The translations under genes and the position numbers were made by a program. Positions 1 through 15,000 of a stretch of 64,000 nt of DNA are shown here, piece by piece (positions within the stretch are counted from its first letter, which is position 1; the number at the start of each line of letters is the position of its first letter). Source of the DNA: an uncultured Candidatus Rokubacteria bacterium (GTDB lineage: Bacteria; Methylomirabilota; Methylomirabilia; Rokubacteriales; DASRDR01); contig CAWDVE010000010.1 of the NCBI GenBank assembly GCA_963805625.1, positions 64,001 through 128,000 on the forward strand, read 5' to 3'. A model generated the notes under the pieces. The model saw nothing but the letters and a program-made list of their open reading frames with translations. It searched no databases and was not told where the DNA came from.

Positions 1-3000
1 TTCGGCAAGGGAAGTCGCTTTATGGGACAGCGTCACTGCGCTATGACCGATTTCCAGAGAACAATCATATGATTGTATTGCTTCCCTGTGCTGGTCAAGT
101 GCAGCATAAGCCATACCCTCAAAGTAATACAGGTCAGCAGTCCTGTAGTTGTTCTCAATGGCATGCTCGAATGCCCGTATCGCATCATCAAAATTGCCCA
201 TCTCAAAATAAGCTCTCCCTTTCCAGAAAAAAGCCTGGTTACAGGCAGGGTTCATCTCGAGAGCCCGTTCAAATGCAGAGATTGCCGCGTCAGGATTTCC
301 GAGAATGAAAAGAGCCCTTCCCTTCTCATAGACAGCATTTGCATACCCGGGACTGAAAGCGAGCGCAAGATCAAATGATGCAATTGCCTCTTCATTCTTA
401 CCGCTGTGCATGAGTGCCCGCCCGCGTTCATAGAGAGCTTCCTCATTTTCCGGATTAATGCCAAGCGCAGCATCAAAGGCAACAATCGATGCATCATAGT
501 CACCAGTACGGGCAAGAGCAATTCCCTTGTGGTGGTATGCCTCGGTATACCGGTCATTCAATTCAAGTGCATGATTAAATGCGGTTATCGCGTCGTCATA
601 CCGTTCATGCCTGAGGTACGTGACACCCTGATAATAGAAGGCTTCCGGATAATCCTTCCGGAGGGAAAGTGCCCTGTCAAGTGCTTCAAGCGCTTCATCG
701 TATCTGCCCAGGTGAATCAATGCAATACCACGGTACAGGTATGGGGCAGCTGATGGTGCCTCTTTGGAAATTGCATGATCATAACAGTCGAGAGCCATAT
801 CGTATCTGCCGAGGTTTGCTTCAGCAATACCTTTACTGAGCCATGCATCCGTAAATGTGCTTTTTTCACCGATTGCCCGGTCGAATGCACCTATTGCCTC
901 ATGATACATCAAAAGACTCATGAGAGCCTGTCCCTTCTGATAGAACGCCTGGACGCACTTCGGGCTGCGGGCCAGGGCAGCTTCGAAGCTTTTAATTGCC
1001 TCATGATACCTGCCGAGACGGGATAATGAAATCCCGGAATAATAGTATGCCCGGGGGTCTTTTGTATCGATGGCCAGTGCCTTGTTAAAGCAGGTTACGG
1101 CATCCAGATCCTTCCCGAGTGCTGAGAGGGCGAATCCTTTCCCGGTCCAGGCAAATGCAGCGGTGGGACGGAGACGTAATGCCTGATCAAATGAGGTTAT
1201 CGCTTCTTCGAACCGGGTGAGCCGGGTCAGGGCAATTCCCTTGTGGTAGAGTGCTTCGATATGTGCCGGCTCGGCTGCAAGTGCATTTTCGAAGGATACT
1301 ACTGCCTCGCTGTCCCTTCCCAGTTCAAAGAGTGCCCGCCCCTTGTAATACAATGCTGAAACGAAATCCGGGCGTATTTCCAGTGCGTTGCTGAATGAAT
1401 CATCTGCATCTTCGTAACGGGTCAATGCGAAAAGTGCAGTCCCTTTCAGGTACCATGCGTCAGCACTGGTCGGGTCAGTCGCGAGGGATTTCTCATATGC
1501 TTCAATCGCTTCATGATATCTGCCCAGTTCTGCCATTGCCATACCACGGTGCAGCAATGCTTCAACAGATTCGGGTTGTACCTGCAATACCCTGTCAAAT
1601 GCATCGATTGCATCTTTCTGCCGTCCGGTCGCAACAAGGGACAACCCTTTATTATAAAAGGCCTGTGCATTACCTGCATCAAGATCGATGTTTTTGTTGA
1701 AGGCGATAATGGCATCTTCATGGCGGCCCAGATTTGCAAGGGCACACCCCTTATGGAGATAGACATCAGCATAATTTCTCTCAATGCTGAGTGCCTTGTC
1801 AAAGGCTTTTACCGCATCACGGTACATGCCAAGAGAAGCGTGTGACTTTCCTTTGTTGTACCATGCCTCAGCAAAGGAAATATCGGTCTCGAGTGCCCGA
1901 TCAAACGATTTGACAGCTTCTTCAAACCTGCCGATATGAGCAAGTGCAGCACCCTTATAGAAAAGTGTATACGTGTGTTTCTGGTTGAAATTGAGTGCCT
2001 GGTCATAGACGGTAATTGCATCACCGGTCCGGCCGAGAATGTCCAGTGAACGCGCCTTGCTGTAATACGCCTCAAAATAATCCGGTTTCAGGGCGATGGC
2101 ATTTTCAAATGCTGAAATTGCCAGGTCGTGGCTTTCGAGTTTTGCATAAACAACACCCTGCTCAAACCAGATCTGTGCATCGTCACGGGTTATGGTAAGT
2201 AGTCTTCCGAATACTTCTGCAGATTCAGCATATCGTCCCAGTTCGGCAAACGATGATGCGTAAAAGAAGAGGGCATCCGTATTACCTGCTTCGACAGCGA
2301 GTGTTTTTCCCAGTGCACTGAGTGCTTCTTCAAATTTACCGAGGTGGAACAACGCAATACCCTTCTCACATAAAGCACTCGTAGTATCCGGTGAGAGCTT
2401 AATCACCCGGTCAAAGGAATCGATCGCCTCCTCAAATTTACCCAGGCTTGTAAAAACTCTGCCCCGCTCAAGATAAGCCCTGTGATTATCAGGACGGTAT
2501 TTTATACTGTTATCGAACGCATCGATTGCATCTTCGGGACGGTCCAGATACGTAAGTACCACACCTTTCTCATACCAGATCTCCCCGTCAGTATTCCGGA
2601 GTCCGAGTGCTGCGTCAAATGCATGTCCTGCCTCATCATATCTGCCGAGATTTGCCAGGGATATTCCCCGTAAATAGCTCGGTTCATACAGGTCCGGAAG
2701 GACAGATGAGGCATGTGCGAAAATTTCCTGAGCTTCTTCGTGCCTTCCCAATAGTGGCAAGGATCCGACCCTTCTCGGTCAGGAGCTGCCCGTTTTCAGG
2801 AGCCAGAGTCAGGGCAAGATCAAAAATATGCAGCGCATCGTTATAACGTGCGAGCCGCGAAAGTGCGCATCCTTCTGCGAAGAGCAGTGTGATATTCCGC
2901 GGGTCGTTCTGACGTGCTTTTTCAAATGCGGAAACGGCATCTTCGTCTTTACCCAGATGTTCAAAAGCGACGCCTTTATGGAACCATGCATCGGAATGGT

Positions 3001-6000
3001 CTCCAATCCGTAAAAGTACCTCGTTGAATGCCTGGATCGCATCTTCGTACTTCGTGAGATTTTCGAGTGAAAGCCCCTTATTGAAGTAGGCTTCGGCAAA
3101 ATCAGGATCAAGAACAAGAGATCGTGAAAATGAAGATTCCGCTTCCTCATACCTGCCGAGCATCGCATATGCAAGTCCCTGTTCGAAATGCCCGTCCCTG
3201 CTCTGATCATCAATTGCAAGCGCTTGTGAGAATGCAATGACCGCCTCTCCATGTTGCTTCAGGTTTGAAAGCGTACGTGCCTTGTAATAATGTGCATCGA
3301 ATGCATTGTTATCGAGAGCGATCGCCCGGTCAAATGCTTTGGCTGCTTCTTCAAACCTCATGAGATTGAAGAGGATGATGCCCTTGTTAAACCAGGTCTC
3401 GTAGCTGGCGGCATCAAGTTCGAGAGCCGCATCGAATGCCAGGAGTGCCTCTTCGGGTTGGTTCAGGTTTTTGAGGGAGAGACCCTTGTGATAATATGCT
3501 GATGACAGGGACGGGTCAACCGAGATCAGCTGGTCGAATGAAGCGACAGCATCCTGGTCTTTTGAGAGCCGGGCAAACGCGAGCCCCTTGTCATAGAAGG
3601 CACTGACAAACCTGGGATCAATAGTCGTAGCCTGTTCAAAAGCTTCGACAGCCTGGAGATCCCTGCCGAGTTTTGTCAGGGCGATACCCTTGTCATACCA
3701 GGCATTTGCATACCTGGGGTTAATGGCAAGGACCCGGTCATACGATGAGACGGCTTCTTCGTGCCTGCCGAGTTCTGAGAGTGCGATTGCCCGGTCGTAC
3801 CACCCGTAGGCTGAACCGGGTTTGATGTCAAGGGCACGGGTGAGAGCATCCAGCGCCGGTTCAAACCTGCTGAGCGAGAGCAGCGTACTTCCTTTTCTCA
3901 GCCACGCCGGTGCACACGCCGCATCGTGTGCAAGAACCTGGTCAAAGCAGGCAATTGCATCTTCCGGGTTCTGGAGTTCGATGTATGTCTTTCCCTTCCG
4001 GTACCATGCTGTTGTGTTGTCCGGTGCAAGGGCAGTTGTCCTGTCAAATGCTTCGAGTGCCTCTTCAAACCGTCCCAGTTCGAAAAGCACCCTCCCCTTG
4101 AGCAGCCAGACGTCAGCGACAGTGCTTTCAAGGCTGAGTGAGGATTCGAGCGCCCCGAGCGCCTCCTCAAACCTGTGGAGAGATGCCAGGATGACTACCC
4201 TTGTTGAACCAGGTCTCGTAGCTGGCGGTATCAAGTTCGAGAGCTGCATCGAATGCCTGGAGTGCCTCTTTGGGACGGTTCAGGTTTTTGAGGGAGAGAC
4301 CCTTGTGATAATATATCGGTGCGTGTGACGGTTCAACAGCGATTGCCCGGTCAAATGATGCAATGGCATCCCGGTCTTTCGAGAGCCGGGCAAATGCGAG
4401 CCCCTTGTCATAGAATGCATGGACAAACCTGGGATCAATAGTCGTAGCCTGTTCAAAAGCTTCGACAGCCTGGAGATCCCTGCCGAGTTTTGTCAGGGCA
4501 ATACCCTTGTCATACCAGGCATTTGCATATCTGGGGTTTAAGGCAAGGACCCTGTCATACGATGAGACAGCTTCTTCGTGCCTGCCGAGTTCTGAGAGTG
4601 CGATTGCCCGGTCGTACCACCCGTAGGCTGAACCGGGTTTGATGTCCAGGGCACGGGTAAGGGCATCCAGCGCCGGTTCAAACCTGCTGAGCGAGAGCAG
4701 CGTACTTCCTTTTCTCAGCCACGCCGGTGCACACGCCGCATCGTGTGCAAGAACCTGGTCAAAGCAGGCAATTGCGTCTTCCGGGTTCTGGAGTTCGATG
4801 TATGTCCTTCCCTTCCGGTACCATGCTGTTGTGTTGTCCGGTGCAAGGGCAGTTGTCCTGTCAAATGCTTCGAGTGCCTCTTCAAACCGTCCCAGTTCGA
4901 AAAGCACCCTCCCCTTGAGCAGCCAGACGTCTGCGACAGCGCTTTCAAGACTGAGTGAGGATTCGAGTGCCCCGAGTGCCTCCTCAAACCTGTGGAGAGA
5001 TGCCAGGATGATGCCCTTGTTGAACCAGGTCTCGTAGCTGGCGGTATCAAGTTCGAGAGCCGCATCGAATGCCAGGAGTGCCTCTTCGGGGCGGTTCAGG
5101 TTTTTGAGAGAGATTCCCTTGTGATAATATGCTGGTGCCAGAGACGGTTCAACGGCGATTGCCCGGTCAAATGATGCAATGGCATCCTGGTCTTTTGAGA
5201 GCCGTGCATAAGCGAGCCCCTTGTCATAGAATGCTTTGGCAAACTCCTCATCAAGTGTCGTAGCCTGTTCAAAAGCTTCGACAGCCTGGAGATCCTTGCC
5301 GAGTTTTGTCAGGGCGACACCCTTGTCATACCAGGCATTTGCATATCCGGGGTTAATGGCAAGCACCCTGTCATAGGATGAGACAGCCTCTTCATGCCTG
5401 CCAAGTTCTGAGAGTGCGATTGCCCGGTTGTACCACCCGAAGGCCGAACCGGGTTCAATATCCAGGGCACGGGTGAGGGCATCCAGCGCCGGTTCAGACC
5501 TGCTGAGCGAGAGCAGTGCACTCCCTTTTCCCAGCCACGCCGGTGCACACGCCGCATCGTGTGCAAGAACCTGGTCAAAGCAGGCAATTGCGTCTTCCGG
5601 GTTCTGGAGTTCGATGTATGTCTTTCCCTTCCGGTACCATGCTGTTGTGTTGTCCGGTGCAAGGGCAGTTGTCCTGTCAAATGCTTCGAGTGCCTCTTCA
5701 AACCGTCCCAGTTCGAAAAGCACCCTCCCCTTGAGCAGCCAGACGTCAGCGACAGTGCTTTCAAGGCTGAGTGAGGATTCGAGTGCCCCGAGCGCCTCCT
5801 CAAACCTGTGGAGAGATGCCAGGATGATGCCCTTGTTAAACCAGGTCTCGTAGCTGCCGGCATCAAGTTCGAGAGCCGCATCGAATGCCAGGAGTGCCTC
5901 ATCGGGCCGGTCAAGGTTTTTAAGGGAGAGACCCTTGTGATAATATATCGGTGCCTGTGACGGTTCAACAGCGATTGCCCGGTCAAATGATGCAATGGCA

Positions 6001-9000
6001 TCCGGTCTCTTGAGAGCCGTGCAAACGCGAGCCCCTTGTCATAAAAGGCACTGGACAAACTTGGGATCAATAGTCGTCGCCTGTTCAAAAGCTTCGACAG
6101 CCTGGAGATCCCTGCCGAGTTTTGTCAGGGCGATACCCTTGTCATACCAGGCATTTGCATACCTGGGATTAATGGCAAGGACCCTGTCATAGGATGAGAC
6201 GGCCTCTTCGTGCCTGCCGAGTTCTGAGAGTGCGATTGCCCGGTCGTACCATCCGTAAGCTGAACCGGGTTTGATGATCCAGGGCACGGGTGAGGGCATC
6301 CAGCGCCGGTTCAAACCTGCTGAGCGAGAGCAGCGTACTTCCTTTTCTCAGCCACGCCGGTGCACACGCCGCATCGTGTGCAAGAACCTGGTCAAAGCAG
6401 GCAATTGCATCTTCCGGGTTCTGGAGTTCGATGTATGTCTTTCCCTTCCGGTACCATGCTGTTGTGTTGTCCGGTGCAAGGGCGGTTGTCCTGTCAAATG
6501 CTTCGAGTGCCTCTTCAAACCGTCCCAGTTCGAAAAGCACCCTCCCCTTGAGCAGCCAGACGTCAGCGACAGTGCTTTCAAGGCTGAGTGAGGATTCGAG
6601 TGCCCCGAGTGCCTCGTCAAACCGAAGAAGTTTCACCAGAACAGATGCCTCGCTGATAGAGCGCAGGAGCATTATCCGGCTCCTTTTCCAGCACGGTATC
6701 GAATGCATCGAGAGCTTTTTCATTTTTTCCAAGGCTGACAAACGACAGACCAGACTGGAATATCGCATCTGTCAGGGAACTGTCATAGATAAAAGCCTGG
6801 CTGAATGACCGGATTGCCTTTTCGTATTTTGCTGTGGCTTTCAGCACGAGTCCCTTATAATAATGTGCATAAGCGTGCTCCGGAACATTTTCAAGAGTAT
6901 AGTCAAAGGCTTTGATGGCGTCTTTGTACCTGCCTGTGCGGTAAAGTGCAAGACCTTTATTATAAGCTGCGTCGGTAAAGGAAGGGTCCAGGGCAAGTGT
7001 TTTTTCATAAGCACTGATGGCGTCATCGTCATACCCGAGTGAAGACAGTGCAAGTCCCCGGCCATATGCTGCATCAGCGCTGCCGGGTTTCAATTCGAGT
7101 GTTTTATCAAATGCCAGAATGGCATCGTTGAAATACTTTAGCTTATAAAGAACCTGCCCCCTCGCCAACCAGATATCAGCATCGTCCGGAGTAAGTTCGA
7201 TTGAACGGTTCAGGGAGGCAAGAGCATCTTTGTCGCGTCCGGCTGCCATGAGGGCGTTCCCGCGGTGGTAGTTGAGATAACCGGTTTCAGGTCCGATGGC
7301 AAGTGCCAGATCGAATGCTGTAACCGACTCCTCGTATCGCCCGATGGTTTCGAGTGCGACTCCTTTTTTGTATGCAGCGTCCTGCATACCCGGGCTGAGT
7401 TCAAGGGTACGATCAAACGCAGGCACCGATTCTTTAAACCGTTTTAGTATACAAAGGACATCTGCTTTATTGTACCATGCGACTGCACATGAATCGTCCA
7501 GAGACGACGCCATGCCGAACGCTTCAAGGGCATCCTCATACAGTGACATCTGCTTATAACTGATCCCGCGGTAATACCATGCAGTGGCATGCTGTTTGTC
7601 AAGAACAATCACCTTATCAAATGCTGAGACTGCCTCTTCCCACCGTTTGAGGTGAAGCAGGGCTTTACCCCGGTGAATAAGGGCAAAAATGTTCTGGGGT
7701 TCACGCCTTAACGATTTCCCGAAAGATTCAACTGCTTCCTTGAATCGGAACAGCTTATAGAGTGAATACCCCTTGCATGAAAGGAGACCTGAATCCGTGG
7801 TGTCCTGTTCCAGTGCCCTGTCCAGTGCAATTACTGCGTCTTCGTACCGGGCAAGTTTTACTAAAGCAACACCCCTTCTCCGGTGTGCCCGGGTATTTTC
7901 CGGATCAAGGAGGAGAGTTGCGTCGAACTCTCTGATTGCTTCCTCATACCGGGCAATCTTTTCAAGAATCTCACCCTTGACGAGATGGGAAACCACATCA
8001 GTTGTATCAAGTTCGAGTGCGCGATCGAATGAAGCGATTGCATCCTCATACCTGTCGAGCCGGGAGAGCACCATTCCCTTTTCAGCATAGATACGGGAGT
8101 TATCCAGACCCATCTCAATACATGCATTGAATGCTTCCAGGGCAGATTCCGGTTGGCCGAGATGGGAATATGAAAGCCCCTTCTCAAAAAGGATCTCACC
8201 TGAATCAGGTTTGAGAACAAGAACGGCATCGAATGCTTCTATTGCCCGGTCGTATTTTTTAAGGATGAAAAAAGATCTTCCCATCTCTTTCCAGGCTTCT
8301 ATCCGGGATGGGTTGAGAGCCACGGAACGGGTGAAAGCCTCAATGGCATCAGAATACTGATGCAAACGAACGAGAGCGGCACCTTTATAATAAAATACCC
8401 GTTCGCACGAGGGGTCCAGCTGGTTAATCCGGGTATATACGGTAACTGCTTCTTCAGGCAAATCCTGGCGGTCTGTTGCCCGGGCAAGACCGTACAATGC
8501 TGTCAGATCATCTGGATTTGTGATGAGTACATTCCTGAATGCTTCAGTCGCCTCCGGATCGCGTCCGAGAGCATAAAGCGCTCTCCCCTTCTGCAGATAC
8601 GCATCTGCAAAATCCGGCATCAGACGGTTTGCCTGTTCGAAGGCTGCAGCGGCTTCTGATACCTTCTGAGCTCTGGCAAGTGCGATTCCCTTATAGTAAT
8701 ATGCTTCACCAAATTCCGGTTCGAGAGCCAGTGCATGATCAAATGCTGCAACTGCGTCATCAAAATTGTCAAGGCTGATGTGGGCCCTGCCTTTATAGAA
8801 CCAGGTATGGGGATTGTCCGGGTCAATTTCCAGTGAGGTTGCATAAGCAAAGAGAGCGTCCTGAAATTGTTCGAGAGCAAAAAGACAGAATCCTTTTATC
8901 AGCCATGCATTGGCGATCCGTGGTTCAGCCTCGAGTGCACGGGAAAGGGCCTTTACAGCGTCGCTGAATTCACCAAGCTCGGCAAGAGCCAGTCCCTTGT

Positions 9001-12000
9001 GGTACATCGCATCGGTAAAACCGGGATTAATCTCAAGGGCGCGTGTAAATGCCATGGCCGCTTCATCATGATGTCCCAATACCGCGTGGGATAAACCATA
9101 CCGGTAAAATATATCTGCCCTTCCGGGATCGATTGTACTTGCCGCCTTAAAGGCAGCAGCTGCCTGTTCATGTTCATCCAGATGTGCAAGCGCAATTCCC
9201 TTCTGATAGAGTGCCTCAGGATTATCGGGGGTCATTTCAAGGGCACTATTGAAAGCGGATAGTGCTTCGTCATACATACCCACATTTGAAAGGGCTATAC
9301 CTTTATTGAAGAAGGCTGGTGCGAAATGGGGAATCAGTTCCAGTACGCGATCAAACGAGGTGACCGCTTCAGGATACCTGCCAAGGTGAATCAATGCCAG
9401 ACCCCGGTCATAATACACCTGTGCATTACCCGGATCGAGGCTCAATAGCCTGCCCAAAGGCAGTAACGGCAGGCTCAAAGCGTTCCAGGTCAGCAAGGGC
9501 TTTTCCTTTCTGGTAAAGTGCTTCGATGAAGTCCGGTTTGAGTTCTATTGCCTTTTCGCAGGCAGCAAGCGATTCTTCATTACGACCCAGGTCGTGAAGT
9601 GCGACTCCTTTTCGCAGTGCGGCTTCCGCTGAATCCGGATCCAGTTCAAGCGACCGGTCAAATGCATCTATCGCCTCCTGGTAGCAGCCCATGCCATACA
9701 GGGCCAGTCCTTTCTGGAAAAATCCCGGGGCATATGACGGAAGGAGGGAGAGTGCCCTGTCAAAAGAGACAACCGCTTCGCTGAACCTGTCCAGTTTTGC
9801 CAGGGCAACGCCCCGGTTGTAGTGCGCATCTGCGAGTTGGGGATTTGTTTCAAGAGCGTGATCAAATTCCTGAATTGCCTCGTCCGTCCGGGATAATTCC
9901 AGGAGGGCAAAACCCTTATGGAAATGAGCATCAGCAAAACCCGGTTCAATCTCAAGTACCCTGTCATAGGCATAAATTGCCTCGGAGGTGTTTCCGGAAT
10001 CGAAAAGTGCTCTTCCTTTCTGGTAGTATGCATGGTAATTTTTGGGGTTATCAGTAATAATCTTGTTAAAGTCCCTGACAGCATCCCTGAATTTTTTAAG
10101 ATGAGACAGGGCGATGCCTTTTCGCATCCGTGCTTCTGCATAATTCGGTTTTAGCTGAAGCGTCTTTTCGAAAGCAAAGATTGCCTCATTGTAACGGTTC
10201 TGACCCATGTAGGCCTTGCCCTTGTGATAGAAAGCCAGTGCATTATCAGGATCATAAATAAGTGCTTTATCAAAAGCCTCCAGTGCCTCTTCGAATCTTC
10301 CAAGCCGGGAAAGTGCCAGACCCCGGTTATAGTGCCCCTGTGCATTCCCCGTATCCTTCTCGAGATTCTTATCGAAGGATTCAATGGCTTCAGCGTATTT
10401 TTCCAGCTTAAAAAGTGCAAATCCGAGATGATAATAGACTTCAGTGAATGAAGGATCAATTTCCAGAGCGCGGGTAAATGCAGAAATTGCATCGGAATAT
10501 TTTCCGCTCTGGTTTAAGGATTTTCCCTTGTTATACCATGCAGGTGCAAAGGAAGGCAGGATATCGATAGTCTTTTCGAAAGCTTCGATGGCATCACGGT
10601 GATCTCCAAGTCTGGCTAATGCAAGTCCCTTATGATACAGGGCTTCATAATTCCCGGGATCAATTTCAAGGAGTATCTCATATGCATGGATCGATTCGTC
10701 GAATCTGTTCACTTTTTCCAGCGCGAGCCCCTTGTAGTGAAATGCTTCAATGCATCTCTGGTCCAGGGCTATAGCATTATCAAACGCATCAATAGCATCC
10801 TGGTATCTCCCAATGTCAAAGAGAGCCTTCCCGTTTCTGACCCATCCGTCGACCTGACCGGGATCAATTTTCAGGGATTTGGTGAATGCGACGATTGCAT
10901 CTTCCGTTCGCCCGAGATCATTCAGGGCATCACCTTTCTTCATCCAGATGTCGCGAAGCGCAGGGTTAATATCAAGGGCACGGGAGTAAGCAAAAACAGC
11001 ATCCTGGATTTTATGGAGATCGTAGAGAGCATTGCCTTTTTTTACCCACGCCTCCGCGAAATTCGCATTAATCTCCAGGGCTTTTGAATATGCGAGGACA
11101 GCATCCTGCTTTCTCTGAAGAGAAAAGAGGGCATCTCCCTTCTGCATCCAGATCTCGATTATCGTCGGATTGAGCGAGAGAATCCTGTCGTGTGTCTCGA
11201 TAGCTTCGGGATACCGCCCAAGCTTAAAGAGTGATTTTGCACGGCAGATGAGTGCTTCGATAAGCGACGGGTTTGCTGATAAGCTCCTGTCCAGTAAAGG
11301 AATAGCTTCTTCGTAACGGGACAGTTCAGCGTTGGCGATACCCTGGTACATGTAACTTTCAGTGAGTGTTGGATCGATTTCGGTCGCTTTTTTGTTTGCA
11401 GCGATAGCATCCTCATACCGCTTTAATTCGAGATACGAAAGTCCCAGGTAATAGTAATTTGAGGCGTCGGACGCATCCAGGGACAGGGCCGCCTCAAAGG
11501 ATTTGACGGCATCGCTATAGCGTTCACGCTGGACAAGGGCGACTCCTTTGAAATGATGCGTTGATGGATTTGAAGGATCAAGAAGAAGTGCTTTGTCGAA
11601 TGCTTTTATCGCATCGCTGTATCGTTCTTTACCGGTAAACGCGACACCGAGGAAATAGAACCCCAATGCATTTTCAGGCTCGATTTCCAGTGACTTCTCA
11701 AATGTCCTGATGGCATCATCGTATCTCTCGCGCTGGGTAAGAGCAATCCCTTTCTGGTACAGGATTTGTGGATTATTGGGAGATATTTCCAGTGCCAGGT
11801 CGTAAGATACGATAGCTTCCAGGGGTTTCCCAAGGTGAATAAGGGCATTTCCCTTTTCAAAAAATGCACGGGCGCAACGGCGGTTGATCTCAATAGTTTT
11901 ATCAAAAGCATGAACGGCTTCTTCAAATCTTTCAAGAGCCGACAGCCCGATACCAAGGTAACACCATGACCAGACATCGCGTGGCTGTTCTTCAACCGAG

Positions 12001-15000
12001 CGGGTAAGAATCAGCACCGCTTCTTCAAAATGGTGAATTTTGATAAGTTCGATACTTTTTCGTACTGTTGCTTCAGTAAGTCCTGGATCCAGCACGAGGG
12101 CCTGATTAAAAGCCTCAATTGCCTCGTCATGTAAACCAAGATTTGCCAGGGCAATACCCTTGTTCAGCCATAATCCGGGACGCGAGGGATCATGTTCGAG
12201 TGCTTCCCTGAAAGTATCCAGAGCTTCCTGATAGTGTAAAAGACGTAAATGGGCAATCCCTTTCCCGGATAATGCCTCGTGATTATAGGGGGAAATTTCA
12301 AGGACGCGATTAAAAGCGTCGATTGCATCGGAGTATTGCCTGAGCTTCAGGAGCGTTTCTCCCCGGTAAAACAGCGCAGGAATATAGAGCGGATTGATTC
12401 CAATTGCCCTGTCGAAAACATTCAGGGCCTGAGAATAATTTTTCTGGTGAACCAGCGCAAGTCCCATGGCATAATGAACCTCAATAAAATCCGGTTGAAG
12501 TTCAAGTGCGATGTCAAAGGACCTGATTGCATCATCATACCGTTTCAGCTCGGAAAGAGAAATTCCCTTATGGTAGCTGATCATCGGATCATCAGGGTTT
12601 AGTTCAAGTGCCCTGTCAAAGGCTGCAATTGCATCCTTGTGCCTGCCCAGCTGGGACAAGGCAATCCCTTTCCTGCGATAAGCGGGGGTGCAACCATTAT
12701 TGATCTCTATGGCTTTATCGAATGACTGGAGCGCTTTTTCGGGCTGCCCTCGTGCCGCAAGGGCAACACCCTGATAACACCAGAGCAGGGCATCCCCGGC
12801 GCATTCCCCGGGAACGCTGCTGAATACTCCGAGAGCCTCCTCATGTTTTCCAAGTTTGACGAGTGCAATTCCTTTTCTGACCAGCGCATCTGTTCTTTTT
12901 GGATCCAGCAGAATCGCCTGATTAAATGCCTCGACTGCTGCTTCATACTGTTTCATCTGCTGGTGCACAATCCCGGAATAATAATAGGAAGGTGCATGGG
13001 CAGGATCGAGTGCAACAGCCCGATCGAATTCTGTAAGGGCCTCCTCAAAGTGATCCAGCTCGATAAGGGCAATACCCTTAAAATGGTGGACAAGGGAATA
13101 TGAGGGATCGATGGCAAGGGAATGATCGAATGCGGTTACCGCTTCAAAATACCGCTCGGTTCCGGCATATGCCAGTCCAAGAAAATAATATCCCGAAGCA
13201 TTTTCCGGTTCATGTGCAAGGGCATGTTCGAATGCATCGATTGCATCGTCAAAACGTTCCTGACGAAAGAGAGCGACACCTTTCAGATAGATAATTTTCG
13301 GATTATCAGGTTCGATCTCCAGTGCACGGTCATAGAGATCTGCCGCTTCTGACTGGTCACCCAGATAGGAGAAGGCGTTTGCTTTCTCATAGAGTGCACG
13401 TGTGCACCGCGGGTTGATCTCCAGAGTTTTGTCAAACGAACGAATGGCTTCTTCAAATCGTTCGACAGATGAAAGGGCGATACCTTTATAGTACCATGCC
13501 TGGTCATTGCCCGGCTGTTCTTCAAGAGCACGGTTAAGAATTGAGATTGCCTCATCATACCGGCAGAGAGTAATCAGGACAATTCCTTTACGGACTGCTG
13601 CCTCCGCATGCCGGGGATTTAATATAAGTACCTTCTCGAATGACGCGATGGCTTCATCTGCCATTCCCAGTCTGCTGAGGGCAATTCCTTTCTGGAGCCA
13701 GCCTTCGGTAAGCGCCGGGTTTTGCTCGATTGCCTCGTTAAATGCCACCAGTGCTTCCTGATATCGTGAAAGATGGAAAAAAGCCAGACCTTTATTAAAC
13801 CATGCACCGGTATTCTGCGGTACCTGTCCGAGTACGCTGTCGAAATCCAGTATCGATTCAGCATAATGTCCGGTCTGCAGATAAGCGGTACCGCGCTGAT
13901 AGAGAACGAGGGTATTTGCCGGATCAATTTCAAGGGCCTGATCGTAGGCATATACGGCATCTTCATATCTCCCCAGCTGAATGAGTGAAAGTCCCAGGTT
14001 GTAATAGGCATTGATGTAATTCGGGTTGATGGCAATGGCGTGTTCAAATGCATCAATTGCCATTTCGGACTTCCCGAGCTTTGCCAGGGCAAGACCTTTA
14101 TCATAGAATGCCTGGGCATACGAAGGTTTGATCCCGATACTTTTATTGTATGATTCAATTGCATCAGGATATTTACCGAGTTTGGCGAGCAGGAGTCCTT
14201 TCTGGTGAAATGCCTGTGCATTTTCCGGGTTCTGTTTGATTGTCCTGTCAAATTCCTGAATGGCTTCATCGACATTTCCCAGTTTTGCGAGTGCAAAACC
14301 CTTATGGAAATATGCATCCCCATACATCGGATTGATCTTCAGGGCCCTGTCGTACGCAGAAACTGCTTCCGTATACCTGCCAAGGCTGGCGTACGCAATT
14401 CCGCCCTGGAATGCTGCCTGTGAACATCCGGGATCCAGACGAAGCGCCTGTTCGAACGATTCAATCGCTTCTTTATGCCTGCCCAGCTTCGTCAGGGCAA
14501 TGCCCCGGAAATAAAATGAGGCAGGATGCTCCCCTTTTTTCAAGCAGAGCCTGGTCAAATGATGCCAGCGCATCCTCGTACCGGCTCAGCCTGATGCAGG
14601 CAACTCCTTTCAGGTACAACGCATCGGAATTTTCCGGCTCAAATGAGAGAGTACTGTCAAAATCCAGCATCGCATCCCGGTACTTATGCAGATGGGAAAA
14701 CGCAATGCCACGATTGTAATATGCGGGAGTGTTTCCCGGGCTGAGCTCTATGACTTTATTAAACGCAGAGACTGCATCGGTATATTTTTGCATCGCGTTG
14801 AATGCAAGTCCTTTATGAAGCCATGCATCAGCCACAAGCGGGTTCATCTCAAGGGACCGGTCGAGTGCTGCTACAGCTTCGTCATATCTTCCGATTCTGA
14901 AAAGAGAAATTCCTTTTATTGCCCAGATATCAGCATGCCCAGGTTCCTGCCTGAGAAATGTATCGGCCGATTCGACAGCTTCTTCAAAACGTTCCTGCTT

